Counted from the first letter of the stretch, positions 1-8,696 are shown. The stretch is DNA of 15,427 nucleotides from Octopus sinensis (GCF_006345805.1 NW_021825475.1:1-15427); one strand, 5' to 3'. Program-made: numbers and translations. The notes: a model not told the origin generated them from the letters alone.

Positions 1-271
1 TAATGGCAATTAATTGATTACCATTGATACGTCACTGACCAGCCCTGTCTGATACCCCCCTTTCACTAACCATGACCTCTCCTCTCTCATTTACTCTCTC
101 ACTTTCTCACTACCATTCACCATTCCTCTATCCATTTGTCCCTCGCTACTTCTGTCCAACAGTCCTCCGGTCGTCAGCCGTGAGTCAGTGAGACTGTCCC
201 TATACAGCCATAGGGAAAGAAATTCTCAGGAGTCCCCTCTACATGAAAACCAAACAGCCAGGTCGGTGCAA

Positions 272-287
272 TTAATGTGTGTGCGTG

Positions 288-362
<75 letters not shown>

Positions 363-390
363 CATACATATATATATATATACATATATC

Positions 391-439
<49 letters not shown>

Positions 440-585
440 CATATATATATGTATGTATGTATATTTATATGTATACATATATGGCGTGTATATATGTGTG
501 TGTGTGTGTATACGTATATATACATATGTCTATATACATATGTATATATATACATATATGTGTATGTGTGTATGTGTGTGTGTAT
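272..585. repeat. (TA)n microsatellite grading into degenerate (TA/TG)n
   Basis: Long pure TA run at ~292-357 followed by interrupted TA/TG repeats. This explains the YIYIYI ORFs. Confidence 0.97.
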
Positions 586-868
586 AGAACTGAGAATGTG
601 TATCTGCTTGTTGTCTGTATGTGTGCATCACTAAAACTCGAGATATACACAACCGATTTCATTCAAATTTTACACATGTACTATTTAGGGACTCTGGAGT
701 ATCACGGGCCAAAGAAATTTTCAAATTCTTGCCTAATGCGAGCCCGGAGCAATCGCTTAGAATGTTTCGGTATTACGTGTCAAAAGTGGAACAATAAAAT
801 CTCTATTGTAACGAGAGGTAATAGTTTCACTTTTAATATTAAATATATTTCCCTATGAAATGTTCTAG
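585..868 (+). mobile_element. Possible non-autonomous Helitron-like fragment
   Basis: The order AACTGAGAATGTG, short (TGTC/TGTA) tract, then CTAAAACTCGAG...ACAACCGATTTCATTCAAATTTTACACA resembles the ACCGATTT..AAATTT core of microsatellite-carrying non-autonomous Helitrons. It ends near CTAG (865-868), but no 3' hairpin is visible. Confidence 0.4.
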
Positions 869-1115
869 AACGAACCATATGTATCTATGGGTATGTGTAT
901 GTATATATGCGGGTATGTGCCGGTATGTGAATCTATGCGTGCAGCCGCCCATATCTGTATACACATCCGTACGCCCAATTCATGTACAGTCACACACACA
1001 CACGCATACATATATACGTGTTCTTCTCGTCTAGGCATTGTTGTAATTTGTGTTGCTGCATGATTCTTTTTTAAAATATACATTTGATTTCTTTAATAAT
1101 TGTTGTTTTTTCTTG

Positions 1116-1155
1116 CTCCTATTGTTTTGCCAAAACTCCTATTGTTTGCCAAAAC
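1116..1155. repeat. Short tandem duplication (CTCCTATTGTTT(T)GCCAAAA)x2
   Basis: Two adjacent ~20-bp copies differing by one T. Confidence 0.85.
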
Positions 1156-1970
1156 TGAGCAACCAAACCTCTCTTCAACTAAATACCAGCCGTGAAAATC
1201 CCGTCTAGTTAGCGTAGCCCGGACGTTAGTGTCTAAAATCCAACCCACCCTGTGTTTTTTAACGAGCACGCATGATAGGTAATCGATGAGGGATTTACCT
1301 ACGCTTTTCAGCATGTTGAGTGACAACTCAAAGACAACGTCACAGGCTCAGGTTCTGTTCGTATTAAAAGTAGAGCGATCATCTGGGTAAGAGTCGACAG
1401 AGCATAACACACCATATTTAGGACATTCACCGAATAATGAGCTGACGAAATATATCATTTTACAGGACGTTCACCTTGCTATTTAATAGGCACGAAAACA
1501 ACATATCAATTACAGGAGTTCGAATTTCGTTTTAGTCATTCATTCATCACCAATTTAACAAGCACAGTCAATGGCTATGCTTTGCTGAAGAGGTCAAAAT
1601 AACAGCAAAAGATGTCCGAAGTTATTTGGCATAACGTGTTAAAAACTAAACTTCTAGCATGTATAAGTCATCACTAATTTCGTTGTTGTTTTCTGCTTGC
1701 TTTTTTCTATATATAGTATATACATTTTATCCTCTTTATAATACGCTGTTTATTAGATACGTTAGTAATAACTAAATCATATTTATCGGATGATAATCAG
1801 GGATTATATTGTAGTTTATCTGTTAGCAGCTCTATCTATTTACGCCAGTAACTGTATATGCTGCATGGATTCTTCTCAATAATTTAACATCATGTGGAAA
1901 ATACGGCAGCAACAGGTGATCCCTATCTTTCTCCATCTAAAGGATAAACTTGAGATGTGCGTGTGTGTGT

Positions 1971-2201
1971 GTGTGTGTACCTCTGTCTTCATGTGTGTGT
2001 ATGTCTGAGTGTGTATGTGTATGGGTTTTTGCAACTATGTACTGTGTCTGTATGTATGGATGTGTATCTCCATATGTGTGGATGTGTGTCTCCATATGTG
2101 TTCTTCTGTGAAGGAAAGTGTGTGTGTGTGTGTGTGTATGGTCATGTGTTTCTGTCTTCATTTGTGTACGCGTGTGTATGTTTGCTTGTCTGTTCATATA
2201 A
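1971..2201. repeat. Left arm of a long inverted repeat (partner 3073-3330)
   Basis: Unique blocks GTACCTCT, TTTTTGCAACTAT, GTATCTCCATATGTGTGGATGTG, TATGGTCATGTG, TTCTGTCTTCATTTGTGTA and CTTGTCTGTTCATATAA all recur as reverse complements, in reverse order, in 3073-3330. Confidence 0.92.
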
Positions 2202-2246
2202 CCTGTGTACCTATCCGTCTGTATGTTGATTTGTATGTTTATATAG

Positions 2247-2918
2247 GGGTACAAGGGTGCTAGAAAGAAATTAGATAACATTATATGTAATGATACCAGT
2301 GGTACCTGCCTTAGATACAGAAACAAAGACTGGAATAGGATACAAAGAACTTGTGACAAAGCAAACAGAGTGATCACGTGGTATAAAACCAGAAAATATC
2401 AAAGAGTGGTGTTTGTAGAGGCCACAGCCCATGGAGAACTAGCCCGTACATTTAGGAAAGCTCTGAAGGAAACCAAACTCAACATTAAGATTGTTGAAAA
2501 GCCAGGGAACTCCGTCAGATCACAACTATGTAGGACGTACCCCTTTGAGAATGTCATATGCACCAATGATAACTGCATGGTATGTAGGATTAGCCCTGGC
2601 ATCAACTGTAGAACTAGAAATGTAGTTTACAGCATAAGATGCATAGAAGGTGCTTGTAAAGACATGAACATGACATACATAGGAGAGACATCTAGGAGCA
2701 TTGCGGAACGACTAAATGACCATTTGAGAGAATATGACGACAAAAAACAGTCCTCCATACTCTACCAACATGCAATGGATCAACATGGCGGCAACCTGGG
2801 TCAACTTGACATCTGCATCTTATCCAAGCACCCAAAGGACCCGACACTCAGAGAAATACAAGAGTACGTCCTCATAAATAAAACATCCCCAATACTAAAT
2901 GGGAAATATACCCAGTAG
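2247..2918 (+). CDS. PLE C-terminal region: linker, Cys-rich motif and GIY-YIG endonuclease (5'-truncated, no ATG start)
   Basis: The frame is open from 2247 (after TAG at 2244-2246) to TAG at 2918: YKGARKKLD..GTCLRYRNKDW..WYK..VVFVEAT..KIVEKPG..CTNDNCMVC..C.TRNVVYSIRC..C..TYIGETSRSIAERLNDH..LYQH..REIQE..PILN. It has the GIY/YIG motifs, catalytic R, E and N, CCHH ligands and the CxxxxCxxC linker of Neptune/Naiad-type PLEs. Confidence 0.9.
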   Translation, partial: GYKGARKKLDNIICNDTSGTCLRYRNKDWNRIQRTCDKANRVITWYKTRKYQRVVFVEATAHGELARTFRKALKETKLNIKIVEKPGNSVRSQLCRTYPFENVICTNDNCMVCRISPGINCRTRNVVYSIRCIEGACKDMNMTYIGETSRSIAERLNDHLREYDDKKQSSILYQHAMDQHGGNLGQLDICILSKHPKDPTLREIQEYVLINKTSPILNGKYTQ

Positions 2919-3072
2919 ATATCATACCCCAAACCCATAGTCTATACAGGTAGAGTAGAATAGTTAGTGGGCTGTTATGTAGATAGATGTATGCATGTGT
3001 GTGTGTGGGGTGTTTGTACATATGTATATACACATGTATATAAGTATATGTATATACAAGTAAACAAATCTA

Positions 3073-3330
3073 TTATATGAACAGACAAGTACACATACAC
3101 ACATATACACAAATGAAGACAGAAGCACATGACCATATGTACATACACACTTAACTTCACACAAGGACACATATGGGGACACATCCACACATATGGAGAT
3201 ACATGTCCATACATACAGACACAGTATATAGTTGCAAAAACCTATGCTGTACACTACACACACACACACACACACACACATACACACACACTTAGACATG
3301 CACACACAAGGAAAGAGAGGTACACACACA
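3073..3330. repeat. Right arm of the long inverted repeat (partner 1971-2201)
   Basis: TTATATGAACAGACAAG..CAAATGAAGACAGAA.CACATGACCATA..CACATCCACACATATGGAGATAC..ATAGTTGCAAAAACC..GAGGTAC. Confidence 0.92.
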
Positions 3331-3430
3331 CACCACATACATAAAAACACACAAACACGGACAAGCAAACACATGAAAATGCAGAATACATGCACGCAAA
3401 TGTACACACATAAATACATATATATGTATA

Positions 3431-3464
<34 letters not shown>

Positions 3465-3505
3465 TACATACACATACATGTGTATGACCCACGCACATGC
3501 ACACA
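3331..3505. repeat. Degenerate (CA)n/(CATA)n microsatellite
   Basis: Seen directly. Confidence 0.9.
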
Positions 3506-3719
3506 AAAAACAAAAAGAGCGCGGTGTGAATAACGGACAGAGTCAAAACTATTGAGAAGTTTTCAAGACGGAAGGAAAATTTTAGAAAAAAATAAAGAAA
3601 GAAATGAGTGGAAATTTTATCGGTGAGTGTATTAAATTATAAGGGTACTAAAAGAGAATGACTCTCCCCAGACACAACAGTATATGCTTCAACACACGAA
3701 CTCACATAATCCCAAAACG

Positions 3720-3861
3720 AAATATGTGTATGTGCATACATACATGTATATATTATATTATATATATATATATCATTATATATATATATATTATATTATA
3801 TATACACATATACATGTATGTGTGTGTATGTGGTGTATGTATGCATGTATGATATATATAG

Positions 3862-3907
<46 letters not shown>

Positions 3908-4390
3908 ACATATATATATATATATACATATATGTATATACTATATAAATATATACATATGCAGTATATCGATATGTATTTTATATTCATACATTCATGC
4001 ATACATATATATCTATGTACATGGATACATGCAGGTTTGTATATCTGTGTATGTGTGTGTATGCATACATATATACATACATGCATTTGAACATACATAC
4101 GGAGGTGTCTATATGTGCGTGCGTGTTCGAGTGTGTGTACTAGCCAAGAGCCTTATCGACATGCTGATGTACTTATGAGTTCTTGTTGTGCACAACGTAT
4201 TTATCTGATGTATCTTGTTACCATTAGGCAATAATAGCTGGAAACAATAATCCATACAGAGGCATATACATGTGTGTGTACGTGTGTGCGTATCTGTGCG
4301 TATGTGTGTGTGTGTCTGTCTGTCTGTGTGTGTGTTTGTATATGTGTGCATGTGTGTATGTGCATGTCTGCGTATGTTATGTATTTACAT
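3720..4390. repeat. Degenerate (TA)n/(TG)n microsatellite tracts
   Basis: Seen directly, with a short unique interval at ~4140-4260. Confidence 0.9.
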
Positions 4391-4599
4391 TTGGGTCTTC
4401 GGAAAGTAATTATATATTTTTAAGAGGGAAAACGCAATGTGTTGGTTAAGTTTAATACTATTTACCAGTAACGTAATCGCAATCATTATCAATATCTCTC
4501 GTCCAACAGGAAAAGTAAAATGTTTATTTATTTCATTTTTATTTCATTTTATCTTTCTTATTTATTTATTTATTTGCTTTATTTATTTTTTTCTTTCTC

Positions 4600-4880
4600 A
4601 AAAAAAACCCAAATGTTTAACAAATCGTTCTTAAACATCATCTTTGTTTACTTCCTTCTAGCGATAGAAACAAGTGATAGCCAGTAGTGTTAAATTCGGT
4701 AAATGTAAAGACTGTGGGAGAACTTCTCATCTCGAAGATCTTATCTTTTCCTGGGTTTGTTTTGCAGTATGAGCCCTTGTATTGTCATGCAGGAACATAA
4801 CACCTCTTCTTTTCTTTTTGTCTGTTTATCAAAGCTGGCCACTTTTAACGTAATATTTCATTTACGCGCGCATTTTGTTG
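4600..4880 (-). mobile_element. Decayed mariner (Tc1/mariner) transposase fragment
   Basis: Manual minus-strand translation gives QQNARVNEILR*KWPALINR / RRGVMFLHDNTRAHTAKQTQEKIRSSR*EVLPQSLHLPNLT / GYHLFLSLE. This matches the mariner consensus QQL..L...LRQKRPALINRKGV.LLHDNARPH....T...L....WEVLPHPPYSPDLAP.DYHLF.SL, with stops and frameshifts. Confidence 0.9.
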
Positions 4881-4960
4881 ACAATAAACGTCATAGTATG
4901 GTCATACTTTATTTCAGTACCCCATAATGGTCTACGCCGTTCATCTTCCAGGTAAAGCAG

Positions 4961-5012
4961 AATTGGAGAGGAACTGACTTGTCTTTCTGACTTTTTCTGT
5001 TCCTCTCCAATT
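4961..5012. other. Perfect 14-bp inverted repeat with a 24-nt loop
   Basis: AATTGGAGAGGAAC (4961-4974) pairs with GTTCCTCTCCAATT (4999-5012). Confidence 0.9.
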
Positions 5013-5570
5013 TTTTGTAAATTCTTAAATATATCTCCTTCTGTATATATATATATATATATATACTACCAAACAAACATGATTTTTATTGAACTCATAA
5101 TACTTTTTGTAGCCTCGATCTGAATACTTTCTTAAATACTTTCTTGTAAACAGTTTTTAGAATGTCTAACTGTATTTTAATACTTTTGTGACAACTAGTA
5201 CTTAACACAACAAAGCTTATACAAAGCTTTACAGTTTACTTTTGACAATCTTTTTCTGAAAAAGTGAAACCGGTCAAGTCAATAAACATCTTTAAAATTG
5301 CATTTTCAAACCTTCTTTCATATATATTTCCAACTCGTGCGGTACCTTACAACTTCACTTTGTTATATATGTATATATATATATATATATATATACAAAA
5401 AAACACAAAACAGGACAAGAACGCAAAAACATCCAGATAGGCGATACCAAAAACACGGATGGGTCATTCGAAGTCTATATAGTTGAAATTTACAGAAAAA
5501 CACCAGACGAAGGCAGGTGTATAAACAACAAGCAGGTGTATAAGTTTAACGCTCGGGAAGGTGAGAAACT

Positions 5571-5606
5571 CTTTTACATTTCGAGCCTACGCTCTTGAAC
5601 AGAAAG
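5571..5606 (-). ncRNA. Degenerate minimal type I hammerhead-ribozyme-like motif in a probable PLE pLTR/retrozyme-like repeat (~5490-5665)
   Basis: The minus strand reads CUUU-CUGUUCA-A-GAGC-GUAG-GCUC-GAAA-UG-UA-AAAG: helix I CUUU/AAAG, helix II GAGC/GCUC, GAAA box and an NUH site (GUA). The core differs from CUGANGA at two positions. Confidence 0.55.
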
Positions 5607-5667
5607 GAACATGAGGAAATAAACAGAGAGAGAATAAGAAAACTTATGGATTTAGCGGTCACAAAAC

Positions 5668-5770
5668 GTATGCATGCATGTATGTATGTATGTATGTATG
5701 TATGTATGTATGTATGTATGTATGTATGTATGTATGCATGCATGTATGTATGTTTGTATGTATGTATGTA
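5668..5770. repeat. (TATG)n microsatellite
   Basis: Seen directly. Confidence 0.97.
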
Positions 5771-5896
5771 CACTGATACTTTTACTCTAAGGGTATTTCA
5801 AGAAGTGATATTAATTTGATTCTAGCTTTGCTCGATTTCGCACAAGCAGTTAAATGTTTTGCTTAACGCTTTCTATATTGGAACAAACATTTTCAG

Positions 5897-6142
5897 CTTA
5901 GATCAAATCATCTGGGATATTCGTCACCGAGGAAGCCATATCAAGTCGAAACACGAAATCCGGCATCTGGCAACATAAAATTGGACGAAATGCCACTGAA
6001 CATTTTGCTCGGCGTGTTAATGGTTCTATCAGCTCGCTGCCTCATCTCTCTGAGCCAAAGGGTTTCATATAGTATCATTCCGTCTTCGTATACACATAAT
6101 GAATGTTATACAGACCGGTATTTTAACCTAACGCTGTTTCAA
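5897..6142 (+). CDS. Candidate exon encoding a signal-peptide-like N-terminus (ATG at 5990) of an unidentified protein
   Basis: Acceptor ATTTTCAG (ends 5896), donor CAA|GTGAGT (6143), and 246 nt open in phase 0. MPLNILLGVLMVLSARCLISLS is hydrophobic and an NLT sequon follows. No homology recognised. Confidence 0.4.
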
Positions 6143-6451
6143 GTGAGTATATTTATTTACTTCCAAATATTTGATCCTTGAGTTGATCATATGGCGTGAT
6201 TTTAAAATCTCGATTGCAAGAATGGTTACGGTTACAGTTCCTGTTAATATTAGAATATTTCCGGTTGCATACTTATTCATAACATGGGAATGGACCCGCC
6301 TGGCTGTTTTGAAACCATATACTCCTTATTACGTGTACTCCTAGTATTTGTAACACTATTTTTCTTACTGTTTCACCACTTAATGGACGTATAAGTCTAT
6401 GGGGACTGTTCTTTAGGAAGTGATATATGAATGGCGTAATACGACTGTGAA

Positions 6452-6566
6452 GGCGCACGGCTTAATGGTTAGGGTATTCAGCTTAAAATCGTAAGGTCGG
6501 CAGTTCGACTCCACGCGGCGCGTAGTGTTATTGAGCAAGACACCCTATTCCGTATTGCTCCAGTCT
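6452..6566 (+). mobile_element. tRNA-derived SINE family A, 5' part (interrupted)
   Basis: A box CGGCTTAATGG, B box AGTTCGACTCC, then CORE-like TTGAGCAAGACAC..TTGCTCCAGTC shared with the copies at 6583-6742 and 8027-8165. Confidence 0.85.
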
Positions 6567-6582
6567 GCTGAATATGAAAAAC

Positions 6583-6742
6583 CTGGCTCTTTTAAATACA
6601 GGTGCTACTCACTGTTGCCAGCTGAGTGGAGTGAAACAACGTGAAATAAAGTGTCTTCCACAAGGCTGAAAAGTGCTGCTGGAAATCGAACGCACGACCT
6701 TACGTTTGTGAGTCGAATGCTATAACCACTACACTCTCCGCC
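6583..6742 (-). mobile_element. tRNA-derived SINE family A, 3'-truncated, inverted
   Basis: Minus strand: GGCGGAGAGTGTAGTGGTTATAGC..CGTAAGGTCGTGCGTTCGATTTCC..AAGACACTTTATTTCACGTTG..CCACTCAGCTGGCAA..TGAGTAGCACCTGTATTT. Confidence 0.85.
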
Positions 6743-6909
6743 TTCATATACAATTATCATGAGTTCATCTGTAGTTTGACGAATCTTGTTTTCCATCCTA
6801 CGGGGTGTCACAGATCACACTTCTCGTTCACAGACCTGATGGTACTGCAAGTTTCGTCACGATGACCTGACTATATAACAAGTTGTACTGGGATGCGTGT
6901 TACCAGTAT

Positions 6910-7105
6910 CCGCTCAATGAATTGTACATTTAATTCAAAGGGTCAGCCTTGTCACCTCTTCTGCCATGCTGAATCTCCCTGAGTACTATGTTAAGGGTAC
7001 ACGTGTCTGTGGAGTGCTCAACCATTTTCACGTTAATTTCACGAGCAGGCTTTTCCATTGATCGGATCAACTGAAACACACGTCATCGTAAAAGCCGGAG
7101 TGCAA
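6910..7105 (+). mobile_element. SINE family A, 3' part (probable continuation of 6452-6566)
   Basis: TTCAAAGGGTCAGCCTTGTCAC..GCTGAATCTCCCT is shared with 8113-8158 and continues to a 3' end at CCGGAGTGC. Confidence 0.8.
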
Positions 7106-7141
7106 GACAATATGACATGCCAAGATCGTTTCGACTGATCT

Positions 7142-7142
<1 letters not shown>

Positions 7143-7207
<65 letters not shown>
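7143..7207. repeat. (AAT)n microsatellite
   Basis: Pure trinucleotide run. Confidence 0.98.
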
Positions 7208-7208
<1 letters not shown>

Positions 7209-7240
7209 ATAAGGTCACATGTAGTAACCCGCTACCCCCA

Positions 7241-7396
7241 CAAGAAGAAGAAGAAGAAGAAGAAGAAGAAGAAGAAGAGGAGGAGGAGGAGAAGAAGAAG
7301 AGGAGGAGGAGGAGAAGAAGAGGAGGAGAAGAAGAAGAAGAAGAAGAAGAAGAAGAAGAAGAAGAAGAAGAAGAAGAAGAAGAAGAAGAAGAAGAA
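7241..7396. repeat. Compound (AAG)n/(GAG)n polypurine microsatellite
   Basis: About 155 nt containing only purines on the + strand. Confidence 0.98.
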
Positions 7397-7434
7397 GGTC
7401 GATGTATATATTCAAAGATCGATGTATATATTCA
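7395..7434. repeat. 20-bp tandem duplication (AAGRTCGATGTATATATTCA)x2
   Basis: Two adjacent copies with one mismatch. Confidence 0.9.
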
Positions 7435-7662
7435 TTTGGTCCATATTAACGAAATTCTCCATGGTATACAATATACATAGATGCATTCATCTATATGATA
7501 AAATTTCTAAGAATTTTTAAATGCATACATATACACAAAAATTTATTAATGTATAAAAATTCATAGACATAGAAAAATTATAAACACATAAAAATTCATA
7601 AATATGAATATATAAAAATATATGTCCATAAATGTACCTGCAAAATCTGAATGTTCAAATTT

Positions 7663-7736
7663 GATTCAGTGAAGAGGAAGATAAAAAAAGGTGAATGTAT
7701 AATGATTCATAAGGAATCCGAAACATGTATAAAATC
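7663..7736 (+). ncRNA. Degenerate type I hammerhead-like motif with an extended helix II, in an AT-rich repeat relic (~7560-7990)
   Basis: GAUUCA-GUGAAGA-GGA..(UGAAU/AUUCA inner stem)..UCC-GAAA-CAUG-UA-UAAAAUC. Helix III is the palindrome ACAUGU. C3 is replaced by G and helix I is eroded. Confidence 0.55.
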
Positions 7737-8026
7737 TATATATAAAATCTTAGAGTTAGCGGCTGGAATAACTGTCTAAGGGATAAGAATATCCGTTTTT
7801 CTATCGGTATTAATTACCTATGTTAACCTTGGGCATAGGAATGCATGCACGCTATGCTCATAGGGTATAGGTAGTAACGGAATAAAAAATAGTTTTTCAG
7901 GAATCAAATTTAAAGTAAGCAGTAAATGGAGAAAACTTTTGATCAACAAACAAACGAATTGACCAACATCAGTTAATTATTTTTTAATACAAAAGTTAAC
8001 ATTGCTTACGGCCGTTTCGGCTACCA

Positions 8027-8165
8027 ATGCAGCACTTTGTATCTTTGAGAAAGACACTTAATTTCACGTTGCTCCAGTCCACTCAGCTGGCAAAAATGAG
8101 TTGTATTTGTATTTCAAAGGGCCAGCTTTTCATATTCTGTGTCACGCTGAATCTCCCTAAGATGT
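8027..8165 (+). mobile_element. SINE family A internal fragment
   Basis: TTGAGAAAGACACTTAATTTCACGTTGCTCCAGTCCACTCAGCTGGCAAAAATGAG..TTCAAAGGGCCAGC..GCTGAATCTCCCT bridges the two halves at 6452-6566 and 6910-7105. Confidence 0.85.
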
Positions 8166-8354
8166 ATATGAGAAACGTAGACGCTCCTGCTTTGGTACCT
8201 AGGTGTGGATTTAGCCTACTAGAGTGAGTTTATCTCTTAACGGTGGCGAAGGCAGCTAACCCCAAAGATGGAAAACTTTCTGCAATTAACATTTCCAAAA
8301 AGCTTGACTGGACCTACATCAGCCTTCACCACTGAAAACAAACGATCTTTGTTG

Positions 8355-8558
8355 TCATCGACTTCCTCCTCATCATCATCATCATGATCACCGTTGTCGT
8401 CATCATCGTCATCATGATTATCATCATCATCATCTTCATCATCATCATCATCCTTTGCTATCCTGATCAGCAGCTGTGGTGGTGGCGGTGATGGTGGTGT
8501 GGTGGTGGTGATGGTGGTGGCGGTAGTAGTAGTAGTAGTAATAGTAGTAGTAGTAGTT
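8355..8558. repeat. Compound trinucleotide microsatellite (TCA)n-(GGT)n-(AGT)n
   Basis: Seen directly. It is the source of the poly-T/P/D ORF. Confidence 0.95.
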
Positions 8559-8689
8559 AATCCGGAAATCTGGGTTTGGTAATTAATAAGCAATTGGTCA
8601 GATTTGTCCATGAAAGAAATAAGTTAAAACTATTGATTGCATTGATAGGATCATAGCATAAAGTATCGAACTGGCCCGTTCCTTGTATC

Positions 8690-8696
8690 GCGCGTG

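Larger units (their letters stand above)
1971..3330 (+). mobile_element. Penelope-like retroelement (PLE) 3' fragment bracketed by inverted arms
   Basis: The GIY-YIG ORF lies between inverted arms at ~1971-2201 and ~3073-3330. No RT domain is present in the window. Confidence 0.8.

Noticed and set aside
174-858. Multiple YIYI/CVCV ORFs up to 193 aa
   Set aside because: These are translations of (TA)n/(TG)n microsatellites, which lack stop codons.
1434-1456. Hammerhead-like ATAATGA-G-CTGA-C-GAAA-TATA-TC
   Set aside because: Two core mismatches (C3 and G5) and no helix I. Plausible by chance in AT-rich DNA.
1581-1625. CTGAAGA hammerhead box
   Set aside because: There is no matching GAAA or helix III, and TTTGCTG instead pairs with the nearby CAGCAAA.
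4690-4772. Plus-strand CKDCGR resembling a C2H2 zinc finger
   Set aside because: No paired His spacing. It is the antisense of the mariner fossil.
6452-6520. tRNA gene (also considered for heads at 10125, 12106 and 12879)
   Set aside because: A and B boxes are present, but there is no cloverleaf and each head runs into SINE body sequence.
8237-8611. Poly-T/P/D ORF ending VVKADVGPVKLFGNVNCRKFSIF
   Set aside because: Mostly trinucleotide repeats. The unique tail only faintly resembles a UGT C-terminal segment, which is too weak to call.
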